From: Mytilus trossulus
Lineage: Eukaryota
NCBI RefSeq assembly: GCF_036588685.1
Contig: NC_086377.1
Location: 45,942,001 to 46,006,000, forward strand
DNA length: 64,000 bases
Reading direction: 5' to 3'
Shown here: piece by piece, positions 38,291-48,421 of the stretch
Numbering within the stretch: the first letter of the stretch is position 1
Layout of the letters: each line of letters starts with the position of its first letter
The notes under the pieces: generated by a model
What the model saw: the letters and a program-made list of their open reading frames with translations, nothing else
Database searches by the model: none
What the model was told of the DNA's origin: nothing
Translations under genes and position numbers: made by a program

Positions 38291-41200
38291 TTAACCAGTT
38301 CGCATGATGTCGAGGATGGTTCTTGACAACTCCATCTCTAAGCCTTTAAATCTTCCTTTTCTTGCTTCAGACTCCAACCAGTGAATCCTCATTAACCAAT
38401 CGGGCTGTTGGATAGTAGTAGCCTGCTTAGATAAAACATAGTCATCCAGGTATTTCGGTGGTTTCCTTTCTCTCTGAGGTCTAGTTGCTACTGGTGGGTC
38501 TCGTGGTGGTGTCGGTAGTATACGTCTCCTTCGTGGTTGTTGTTCCGGAGCTATGGTGGGTTCCTCTGCCTCTACTAGTGACAAGTCTGTTGGCGCACTC
38601 TCATCTTGATCAATAGAAGTGTTTTCTTCAATAGTCTGAGCAGTCGCTTCTTCAGGTTCCTCATCACTCACAGGGTTTGGTTCTGCAGCTGTAATAATGT
38701 CCACAGGAAGAGCGTCCCCTCCTAAACCAGTTCCCTGCTGATCATTACTCTCAGCTCCATCATGGCCGTCACCAGTGAAACCAAGAGTTCCTTCTTCTTG
38801 TAGGTCCACAACTGGTACATCACTGTTAGTGTTGTCCTGTGTATCCTTATCAAGTATCCAATATCCATACTCCTGCTCCGACTCCTCATCTGATACTTCA
38901 TCAGTGGTCCTGTTCTCACTGTTCCCTTCAGATTTCGTCGGTTCCTCGGGCTGCTTATTTCTTCTTTGTTGCCTGGGCGCAGGACGTTTCTTTTCTTTAT
39001 CAATATCTTTGGGCAGATCTCCAATAGGCAAGAACAGATTTCTATGCAAAGTCCTCTTTCTTCCTTCCTTGTTTTCTTTCTGAACCACGTACACTGGTAT
39101 TCCACAATTAGGCTGACTAATTATACGATACGGGTCATCTTCCCACCTATCTGCTAACTTGTGCTTTCCATCAAAGGCTAGTGTCTTAACTAAGACTCTA
39201 TCTCCAGGCTTCAGCACAGCTCCTTTTACTTTCTGATCGTAGTGTGTCTTTTGTCGTTTCTGGGCAGCAAAGATGTTTCTTGTTGCTGTGTCATATGCCT
39301 TACGAAGTCTTTCTTGCATTTCTTCTGCATACTTAGTTGTAGTAATAGGTTCAGCTTCATCTCCGATTCCAAAAGCGATGTCGATAGGTAGCTTTGGTTG
39401 TCTTCCGAACATCAGGAAGTATGGAGAGAATCCCGTTGATGTTTGACGAGTGCAATTGTAAGCATGGACAAGACCAGCAACATGCGACTTCCAATCTTTC
39501 TTCTGGACGTTCTCTAATGTTCCAAGCATACCAAGTAATGTTCTGTTGAATCTTTCAGTGACGCCATTTCCCATTGGATGATACGGTGTTGTTCTTGACT
39601 TAGTCATACCAGTGATGTTGCATAGTTCCTTGATGATTTTGGATCCGAAGTTGGCACCTTGATCGGAGTGAATTCTTTCTGGCAAACCATAGTGGACGAC
39701 AAAGTTGTTAAAGAATGCGTCTGCAGTTGTTTTCGCTGTCTGGTTTCTTGTTGGTATTGCCAATGCATATCGAGTGAAGTGGTCTGTTATTACAAGTATG
39801 TTCTCAAATCCACCTGTAGATCTTTCAAGTGAGAGATAGTCCATACATACTAACTCCAGTGGTTGTGTTGTCTCGATACTAATGAGTGGTGCTCTATGAC
39901 TTGCAGGTTGCTTTCGTCGAATACATCTGTCGCAATTCGATATCCAGTTGTCAACATCTCTATTCATTCCAAACCAAACAAAACGATCTCTAACCAATGA
40001 TACTGTTTTGTCTCTGCCTTGATGTCCCATCTCATCATGTAATGATGTAAGTACTTTGGAAATGCAGACTTCAGGTAGTACAAGTTGTTTATGTTGTTCC
40101 CCATTGTCGTGGATAATACGGTAGAGTACACCATCAACCATTTTCAATTTGTCGTAGTTGTTTATAAACCAAGTGTTCCATGGTGAACGTTCTAACTGTT
40201 CTTTTCGTGGCTTTCGATGTTCATCAACCCAATATATCCAATCTTTAAGGTAAGTATCTTGCTTCTGTTCCATCTTGATGTTGACTAGATGTTGTGATGG
40301 TAAGTATGGATCATCAGTGGCTTTAGATGCTGTCATCGATAACGTCTGAACATATGGTTGTGCATGCTGTAACTGACAAATGGCTTTCACAGAATCTGTA
40401 CTAATGTTGGAGGTGTTGGTACGACCAAGTAGTTCTGGAAGTCTGGAAAGTGCATCTGCATCAGCGTTGTTAGCACCAGGTCGATAGACGATGTTAAAGT
40501 TGTAAGATGACAAACTAGCTATCCAACGATGACCAGTGGCGTCTAGCTTTGCTGTTGTTAAAACGTAGGTAAGTGGGTTGTTGTCTGTAACCACGGTAAA
40601 TGTGTTGCCATAAAGGTAATCATGAAATTTCTCTGTTACTGACCATTTCAGAGCAAGGAATTCTAACTTGTGGACTGGATAGTTCCTCTCAGTCTTGCTA
40701 AGTCCTCTGCTGGCATAAGCTATGGCTCTTTTCTTTCCTTCTTGTGATTGGTACAGTATTGCTCCAAGACCAAGCATAGATGCGTCTGTATGTAATTCAA
40801 AAGGTTCCTTATAACGTGGATAACCAAGAACAGGTGGCATTGCAAGTTGACTTTTGAGCTTTTGGAAGGCATCTTCTTGTGGCTTGTCCCAAACCCATGA
40901 TGTAACTGTTGGCTTCTTAAGTTTTCGTTTACTGGACTTCTTTGGTGCAGGCATCAAGTCTGTGAGCGGTCTTGCTATCTTAGAGAAGTCTTTGACAAAC
41001 TTGCGGTAATAACCGACGAAACCAAGGAAGCGACGTACTTCTTCTGGCGTTGTGGGTCGAGGCCAGTTGATGACTTTCTCTAATTTATCTGGATCGGGTG
41101 AAATACCATCTTTAGAGACTATGTGACCGATGTACTTAACTTTGTCTTTGAAGAATGCACATTTCTTGGGCGAAAGTTTCAAGTTGTGTTCTCTTAGTCG

Positions 41201-43036
41201 TTGTAATACCATCTGTAACCTTTCAAGATGTTCTTCATACGTCTCTGAAAAGATGATCAAGTCGTCAAGGTATATAAAGCATATATCTAGGTGTAGATCT
41301 CCAAGTATCTGTTCCATGAGACGTTGGTAAGTTGCTGGACTGTTTACGAGGCCAAACGGAAGTCTGTTAAATTCATAGAAACCAAGAGGGCCGACTGTAA
41401 ATGCTGTTCTAGCCTTGTGTGTCTCTTCTACCTCTACTTGGTGATAACCACTCTTCATGTCCATGACGGTATAGTAGTTGTTTCCTCCTAATGCGTCAAG
41501 GATTTCCTCGCTTCTAGGAAGAGCATATGAGTCTTTAATTGTCAGCTGGTTCAGTTGTCTATAGTCTACACACATTCTGAGCTTGTTGTCTTTCTTTCTA
41601 ACCAATACAACATTCGATGACCAAGGCGAATGTGAACGACGAATGATCCCAGCAGTAAGAAGTTGTTGAAGGTGTGTTCTAACTTCGTCGAATAAGGCAG
41701 GTGGAATACGCCGGTGTCGTTGTTTGAATGGTGTTTCATCTATCAGTTCTATCTTATGCTGTACGGCGGTGATGTGGCCTATATCAGTATCTGATGTGCT
41801 GAATACGTCTCTGAATTGATGTAGTAATTCTCTGGCTTTATGTAGTTGATCATCACTAAGTGTGTCTGGAAATGTAGATTCATTCCATGCATCTTGTTCA
41901 TAGGTATCTGGTACATCAATGTCGGTGACTGAAACAGGTTGAAGTTCGCAAAGGATGGCATTTGGCGAAACTGTCACTGTTCTGGTAGTTACATTGCTGA
42001 TATGTACTGGTATGATGCTGTTGTTTCTATACTCATATGATACTAGTGATGGAGCTATATCTAAGTCAGATGGTATTGCTGCTCTATCAGTTGACTGTAG
42101 GAGTCCACAAACTGGATGGTATGGTAGTTCATGGTCCATGTATCCCTGTAGAATGACATCTCTGTTAGGCGGTATACGGATTGTCTTTCCTTCAGCACTC
42201 TTGATGATGGCAAGTCTGTTGCATCTCTTTTGTAATTCTTTATCTCTTAAAAGCAAACATCTAAATGTGATATACCAAGGTGTATGTAGATCTGCTGTTT
42301 GTAGAAAGCGTGATCCATATCGTTGCTTTACATCTGTCATAGCTGCTGTCAAGACGTTGGTTCCAAGTAGAAGTGGTACTAGCTGGTTGTAAGAGCTGTC
42401 TGGAACGACTAACAGTAAGCATTGTTGAGGATCTGCTGATGTAGATGTACCTGGTAATTGTAGATCTGCTGAGATGTAACCAAGGTATGGCATGTTCTGG
42501 CCATCTGCACATTCGATATGAAGTATCTGGTTGAGTGTCTGGATAGGACTGTCAGCAAGGTACTGTCGATGGAATGACTGGCTAACTGTACTAACTGTAG
42601 AACCAGTATCTAGTAGTGCTGCTGCTTGAAGTCCATTGATGACTACTGTGACTTCATTAGGGCTACCAAGTAATCCTTCTGTATCACCTGATGACTGTCG
42701 TTGTTGATACATCTTAGCTTCAGTGTTCATCTGCTGAAAGTTACAAGCTTTTCTAGTGTGATCCAGTCTAACACAGCAGGCAAAGGCATAGTGGCCTGGT
42801 TGTCCACATCTGTAGCATATAACAGGTTCTCTTGATGGTTGAGATACATAAGTCGGAGTAGGAGCAGGTTGGTATTCAGCTTCTATCTGGTCCCAGTATG
42901 GACGTTGTCTGTTGCGTCTTCGGTGACGACGACGTTTTCTGCGTGGTGGATAGTACTGTGGATCAAAGGTGTCGTTGGTATTGTAGTGTTGGTCATACAT
43001 GGCGTTGTAACATGGCTCATTCGGTTGTTCATACAT
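38291..43036 (-). CDS. pol: Gypsy polyprotein: CCHC zinc knuckle, aspartic protease, reverse transcriptase, RNase H, integrase (no evident capsid domain)
   Basis: 1581-aa open frame. Motifs: CYRCGQPGHYAFAC (CX2CX4HX4C), LLDTGS, LPFGL..YLDD, LHTDAS..LEF..TDN..DALSR, H-x4-H...CDRC, and DDE (MDY, SDQG, VTERFN). ACCATG start with an in-frame TAG just upstream. Confidence 0.96.
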   Translation of the reverse strand: MYEQPNEPCYNAMYDQHYNTNDTFDPQYYPPRRKRRRHRRRNRQRPYWDQIEAEYQPAPTPTYVSQPSREPVICYRCGQPGHYAFACCVRLDHTRKACNFQQMNTEAKMYQQRQSSGDTEGLLGSPNEVTVVINGLQAAALLDTGSTVSTVSQSFHRQYLADSPIQTLNQILHIECADGQNMPYLGYISADLQLPGTSTSADPQQCLLLVVPDSSYNQLVPLLLGTNVLTAAMTDVKQRYGSRFLQTADLHTPWYITFRCLLLRDKELQKRCNRLAIIKSAEGKTIRIPPNRDVILQGYMDHELPYHPVCGLLQSTDRAAIPSDLDIAPSLVSYEYRNNSIIPVHISNVTTRTVTVSPNAILCELQPVSVTDIDVPDTYEQDAWNESTFPDTLSDDQLHKARELLHQFRDVFSTSDTDIGHITAVQHKIELIDETPFKQRHRRIPPALFDEVRTHLQQLLTAGIIRRSHSPWSSNVVLVRKKDNKLRMCVDYRQLNQLTIKDSYALPRSEEILDALGGNNYYTVMDMKSGYHQVEVEETHKARTAFTVGPLGFYEFNRLPFGLVNSPATYQRLMEQILGDLHLDICFIYLDDLIIFSETYEEHLERLQMVLQRLREHNLKLSPKKCAFFKDKVKYIGHIVSKDGISPDPDKLEKVINWPRPTTPEEVRRFLGFVGYYRKFVKDFSKIARPLTDLMPAPKKSSKRKLKKPTVTSWVWDKPQEDAFQKLKSQLAMPPVLGYPRYKEPFELHTDASMLGLGAILYQSQEGKKRAIAYASRGLSKTERNYPVHKLEFLALKWSVTEKFHDYLYGNTFTVVTDNNPLTYVLTTAKLDATGHRWIASLSSYNFNIVYRPGANNADADALSRLPELLGRTNTSNISTDSVKAICQLQHAQPYVQTLSMTASKATDDPYLPSQHLVNIKMEQKQDTYLKDWIYWVDEHRKPRKEQLERSPWNTWFINNYDKLKMVDGVLYRIIHDNGEQHKQLVLPEVCISKVLTSLHDEMGHQGRDKTVSLVRDRFVWFGMNRDVDNWISNCDRCIRRKQPASHRAPLISIETTQPLELVCMDYLSLERSTGGFENILVITDHFTRYALAIPTRNQTAKTTADAFFNNFVVHYGLPERIHSDQGANFGSKIIKELCNITGMTKSRTTPYHPMGNGVTERFNRTLLGMLGTLENVQKKDWKSHVAGLVHAYNCTRQTSTGFSPYFLMFGRQPKLPIDIAFGIGDEAEPITTTKYAEEMQERLRKAYDTATRNIFAAQKRQKTHYDQKVKGAVLKPGDRVLVKTLAFDGKHKLADRWEDDPYRIISQPNCGIPVYVVQKENKEGRKRTLHRNLFLPIGDLPKDIDKEKKRPAPRQQRRNKQPEEPTKSEGNSENRTTDEVSDEESEQEYGYWILDKDTQDNTNSDVPVVDLQEEGTLGFTGDGHDGAESNDQQGTGLGGDALPVDIITAAEPNPVSDEEPEEATAQTIEENTSIDQDESAPTDLSLVEAEEPTIAPEQQPRRRRILPTPPRDPPVATRPQRERKPPKYLDDYVLSKQATTIQQPDWLMRIHWLESEARKGRFKGLEMELSRTILDIMRTG

Positions 43037-44215
43037 GGTAAACGGTGTAAACTAGTGTACCTATAAACATTCAATTCATTCACCCTAATTCAAGTTCAAT
43101 AATAATGCAAAATTCTAATAAGTGTCAACACCACCACACTAAATGCTAATGATCAAATGCAAATTTTTAATCAATATTAAAAAAAAAAACAATGTCTATC
43201 AACAATCTAAAAATCTAGGTACTATCTAACTCAGTGAATGTCTAATATGTAAATAATATGATAATAAATTTAATTCATATCAACTTAAGTACCAAGTCAC
43301 TATACAAAGTATATTTATAAAACGATATATGAAAACTATGTATCTAATATCAACTAGCAATGCTACACATAAAACATAATGTGTGTTATAATTGCTAAGT
43401 TCAACTGAGCATTGACCTATACCATGTGGGTTATAGTTCAATGTAAGTATAATACACTACAACTGTATACCGAAAAATAAATTTAAAATATAAAAGTGTA
43501 TGCTGTATACTATGTAGCTATGCTACTGTAATCTACAAAGTATGTTTATCACTATCAGTAATACATGTACACCATAAATGAATGCCTAAATAATATAAGT
43601 GTACATGTCCTCTGACAGACTAAGTCCAAATCCAAGTAAGCCTCGGAAAAAAAAAAATTTAATGTGTATAAATGTTTAAGTATGAAAAGGTCAAAATGAA
43701 GGACGTCAAAAAAAAAATTTAAAGTCAAAAAAGTGGATGCAAAATTTCAAAATTAAATTCGAAATGTGAAAATGTTTCAAGTGTATGCTAAGTTTCAATG
43801 TATCAAAGTGGTATACAGTATATAATGTAAATAAATAAATCCTACCTTAAACTAGAAAACTATTCCAATAATTACACTGTTCCACAAAAGTATAATTAAA
43901 TCACAATATTTCACAATGCAGAATAATACAAGTTCAGTTTTCCAAAGTGAAAAACAAAAAGTCAAGTTACTATAAGTAACATCCGGTACTATATTGTCAT
44001 CCGGTAAACTGTAAACAAACGCACGTGGACGATGATCACATGGGTCGGAATGTTAGTAAACATAAGCACGTGGTAAAGTTCATCACATGGTACCATAACG
44101 GAAGTAAACAAACACACATGGTCACTGCATACATGGACTAGAGACATCTAATGGTGGTCACTGACATCACATCTGGATCTCCACAAAAACTGGTATGTGC
44201 CATCAACCCAACGAA

Positions 44216-44227
44216 ACGTGGGCGCCA
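44216..44227 (-). promoter_or_regulatory. Primer binding site (internal, 12 nt), tRNA-Lys-like
   Basis: Minus strand TGGCGCCCACGT, 2 nt after the CA end of the partial LTR. TGGCGCCC is the start of canonical Lys PBSs. Confidence 0.85.
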
Positions 44228-44229
44228 TT

Positions 44230-44531
44230 TGTAGTAGGTGGTTTTCTATGCGTTAATAACACCAACAATGAGATCTAAGGTTCTGATGATTTATTTACCA
44301 GTATATAAAACAAGTCTGAAATAGCAATACAACATATATAAATAACAAGCTATTTCTTATAACATAATATATATACTTTTACGAATATCACAGGTTATAT
44401 AGTACAGGAATACAATTAATAATACATTTAACTGTTAATTACTAATTAGCAAGTAAAATGTATTGCAAGTAGAAAATATTCATTGTTTACTTTTACTGAA
44501 ATTGACATCGGGTGTCACGTGTACTTTTACA
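44230..44531 (-). repeat. Partial LTR copy (last 302 bp of the LTR in element orientation)
   Basis: Matches 36684-36985 and 44553-44854; contains minus-strand AATAAA at 44290-44295. Confidence 0.95.
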
Positions 44532-44532
44532 C

Positions 44533-44550
44533 GTCCCTACGTGGGCGCCA
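44533..44550 (-). other. Second PBS: 18-nt complement of a tRNA 3' end
   Basis: Plus strand GTCCCTACGTGGGCGCCA ends in CCA and fits tRNA positions 59-76. It resembles the Lys3 PBS TGGCGCCCGAACAGGGAC at both ends. Confidence 0.8.
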
Positions 44551-44552
44551 TT

Positions 44553-46076
44553 TGTAGTAGGTGGTTTTCTATGCGTTAATAACACCAACAATGAGATCTA
44601 AGGTTCTGATGATTTATTTACCAGTATATAAAACAAGTCTGAAATAGCAATACAACATATATAAATAACAAGCTATTTCTTATAACATAATATATATACT
44701 TTTACGAATATCACAGGTTATATAGTACAGGAATACAATTAATAATACATTTAACTGTTAATTACTAATTAGCAAGTAAAATGTATTGCAAGTAGAAAAT
44801 ATTCATTGTTTACTTTTACTGAAATTGACATCGGGTGTCACGTGTACTTTTACAAATGTTTGACCTTTAACTATACACTAAATCGGAATGTCATACGTAA
44901 TTTATGTGTATCTGTGTATTTGTATTCAATACTGGTTTACCTTACAAACGGTATGTAATAAATGTTACAACTACATTTATTAATAATGACTTCATTAAAA
45001 TATATAATACGTATAATAATTAACTATATAATATCATACAACAATCATAAAGTCGCAAATATAATAATCATAAAGACTTATGATGTCAATATTATCGATT
45101 CATTAAAAAGCTCCAAACTAACGGGAGATAACTCATGTTTACAATACAATATAAACAAAGCTTAACTATAAATAAATATACTCTTACCACTTGTGGAGTG
45201 AGTTGTGCTGATACGGTTAACGGCACATCATATAAACATCACACAATCATGTGTTTTACATAATTACGTTACATGGATTCCTGAAACCAAAATACGAACA
45301 TAAATACTCGGAATCGAATTATAAAAATATACAATGTACTAAATATTCTTTACTCATTCATATTTGTACTTGATAAAAACTATTTACTACAAAACTATTA
45401 CTTTATATAAATGGAAACACTTTTCCGTCTTTTACTTAATAAGCCGTCATTTATAAAATATAGACTATTCATGACAATAATCAAATAGTAATGTACGCAA
45501 ATTAACAATACAATTCTACCGTGGCAAATAAACCGTAGATTATAAAATCATATACTTCTAGCTTAATAAAATACTATCATGTACATCTTGTGTACTTGTG
45601 TTACATACATGCGATATGAGGAGAACGTTACAAAACAAAATAGAAACTTTACTAGAATATCATTTACGTGAAAAATATGAATAATGTTAATAAAGAAGTA
45701 ACTTACAGTATTCTATAATAATGTTGTCCAAAATATATAAGGTTTACAGGTAAACTATGTGGTCAAGATAAACAGACATACATTCAATGAACTGTCATGG
45801 CTATCGTCCGTGGAAATGTACAGGTACAAAACAAAGGAAATTAAACTTGACCGCGAAATATAAACAGCCAATCAGATACAATGATTTAAGTAAATCCCTA
45901 ATGAATATTCATAAAATAACGTGAATATTACTATACATAAAAATAAGGTTTGCAAGTAATAATTTAAACTGAATATACAATATTCAAAATATGTAATTAA
46001 GCTTTTTAATAAATATAGTAATTAAATAGATGATTTTTACAATATATAAAATTATCATAAAAATCACTCTGCTACA
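44553..46076 (-). repeat. 5' LTR (1524 bp)
   Basis: Direct repeat of 36684-38207; followed on the minus strand by AA + PBS. Confidence 0.95.
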
Positions 46077-46152
46077 TTGACACAATCATAAATGTATTAG
46101 GCTGGGTAAGGACTCTTTTATATATAGCTTAAATTAAGCTAGTTCTACTAAG

Positions 46153-46224
46153 TCCGATGTGGTCTAGTGGTTAGGATTTCTGGTTTTCACCCAGACGGCC
46201 CGGGTTCGATTCCCGGCATCGGAG
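46153..46224 (+). tRNA. tRNA-Glu(TTC), 76 bp from the 5' LTR end
   Basis: Copy of 905-976. Confidence 0.96.
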
Positions 46225-46880
46225 CTTTAATTTTTTGTGATTGGAGGAAACAAATGTCAAAAGTCACGAAAACGATATGCAGGATTCACATACTCCTCAG
46301 AGCGAACAAATTGCAATTGTTCCTCGCAACGTATGTTATCTTGCAGTTTGCATCTGCCGCTGTTTTGTGCCTTAACATGATTAGGTCTTTAAATGGCACT
46401 GACTGAAATGAGATGGGTAACCATCACACCTGCAAAAGAATGTACTTTAGCAAATAATGACTTTATGTTTAAGAGTCATGTTTATGTTTTATGCATTTCT
46501 TGTCATTTAGTCAGTTGTTATGACATTATCCCCTCGGGATATTAGTTAGATACGATCACGTAATTCCTGTGTTTGCCACTCTCTCTACGATTCCCCTCAA
46601 TTGCTAAAAATGGTAGCACCGGAGCCATTCACTCCTGGCACTCTTATAAAGGGCGTTCTCGACAATTTATTTGTATCTTATTCAAGATTGACCTCTACGT
46701 AAAAAGAGGAAAGGCGTTGTATTTGAAAGGATGTCATCAAATGAATTTGTCATCAAATGAATTTGTTTTTACGTGAATTACCAGCAATGCCCATTATATA
46801 TCCGTGGATGATACGATTATGTGTCGCGAATTCCACTGTCCTCTAATCAATTGAAAACCTTGAAAGAGTCAAAAAAGAAA

Positions 46881-46951
46881 TGCATCGGCCGGGAATCGAA
46901 CCCGGGCCGCCCGCGTGGCAGGCGAGCATTCTACCACTGAACCACCGATGC
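46881..46951 (-). tRNA. tRNA-Gly(GCC)
   Basis: Copy of 167-237. Confidence 0.96.
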
Positions 46952-47622
46952 TTATGACTACCTCATGTTAAACTTGATCATATAAGGACACATGTTACCT
47001 GATATGTATGGTATAAATGCATGTTAATATGATACTGAAATTGTCGGTAGAAACACGTACGGCACAAATACATTTGAAAAGAGGAAATCGGCGATAATTT
47101 AGATCTCATTTGTTCAGCTGCAGCATATCATTGAATATCAACTGGCGGTTGAAATATAATGACCAGAAAAAACGCTACTGTCGGCTTCGTGTATAATTTA
47201 AAACTTAAATATAAGCTTATACCTGCGTAGTTAAAAAAAAATCGTGATCTTAAAGGGATAACTAACCTCAAGTCTTTCAAAGAAGACCTAATCGCAAAAC
47301 GAAAAGTTCTGTAATTTGACATGATTTCTGTTGTGGTTTCCATGACAGACAACTTGAACTCGGTAAAGTCGACATATGGTACATGCTAATTTTCATACTC
47401 CATGTAATTATAAGCTAAATGCATAACTTCGCCCTTTACCAATTGTACGTTTCTGCATCTAATATTTACCGACTGGTCTAGTTTTGTAAGCTTTGAATAC
47501 TCTCCTGTGACAGTCATGCTGTCAGCTAAATCACAGTTATCATATGTTGACACAATCATAAATGTATTAGGCTGGGTAAGGACTCTTTTATATATAGCTT
47601 AAATTAAGCTAGTTCTACTAAG

Positions 47623-47694
47623 TCCGATGTGGTCTAGTGGTTAGGATTTCTGGTTTTCACCCAGACGGCCCGGGTTCGATTCCCGGCATCGGAG
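47623..47694 (+). tRNA. tRNA-Glu(TTC)
   Basis: Copy of 905-976. Confidence 0.96.
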
Positions 47695-48350
47695 CTTTAA
47701 TTTTTTGTGATTGGAGGAAACAAATGTCAAAAGTCACGAAAACGATATGCAGGATTCACATACTCCTCAGAGCGAACAAATTGCAATTGTTCCTCGCAAC
47801 GTATGTTATCTTGCAGTTTGCATCTGCCGCTGTTTTGTGCCTTAACATGATTAGGTCTTTAAATGGCACTGACTGAAATGAGATGGGTAACCATCACACC
47901 TGCAAAAGAATGTACTTTAGCAAATAATGACTTTATGTTTAAGAGTCATGTTTATGTTTTATGCATTTCTTGTCATTTAGTCAGTTGTTATGACATTATC
48001 CCCTCGGGATATTAGTTAGATACGATCACGTAATTCCTGTGTTTGCCACTCTCTCTACGATTCCCCTCAATTGCTAAAAATGGTAGCACCGGAGCCATTC
48101 ACTCCTGGCACTCTTATAAAGGGCGTTCTCGACAATTTATTTGTATCTTATTCAAGATTGACCTCTACGTAAAAAGAGGAAAGGCGTTGTATTTGAAAGG
48201 ATGTCATCAAATGAATTTGTCATCAAATGAATTTGTTTTTACGTGAATTACCAGCAATGCCCATTATATATCCGTGGATGATACGATTATGTGTCGCGAA
48301 TTCCACTGTCCTCTAATCAATTGAAAACCTTGAAAGAGTCAAAAAAGAAA

Positions 48351-48421
48351 TGCATCGGCCGGGAATCGAACCCGGGCCGCCCGCGTGGCAGGCGAGCATT
48401 CTACCACTGAACCACCGATGC
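48351..48421 (-). tRNA. tRNA-Gly(GCC)
   Basis: Copy of 167-237. Confidence 0.96.

Larger units (their letters stand above)
36684..46076 (-). mobile_element. Ty3/Gypsy LTR retrotransposon, recent insertion, with duplicated partial 5' LTR and PBS
   Basis: Two 1524-bp direct repeats with TGTAG...CTACA ends, PBS, PPT, and a pol ORF in PR-RT-RH-IN order. Confidence 0.97.

Noticed and set aside
38722-43083. Short alternative-frame and antisense ORFs overlapping pol, as a possible gag or env
   Set aside because: All are 145 aa or shorter with no capsid, signal-peptide or fusion-protein features; they are shadows of the long ORF. There is only about 70 bp between the pol stop and the PPT, so no env.
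44216-44227. Idea that the element primes from the array's own Gly or Glu tRNA
   Set aside because: Those would give PBS TGGTGCATCGG (Gly) or TGGCTCCGATG (Glu); the observed TGGCGCCCACGT matches neither.
44230-44552. Partial LTR duplication as a simple assembly stutter
   Set aside because: The junction contains non-LTR, tRNA-like bases (cgtccct) not present in either full LTR or the internal PBS, which a stutter would not create. It still needs read confirmation.
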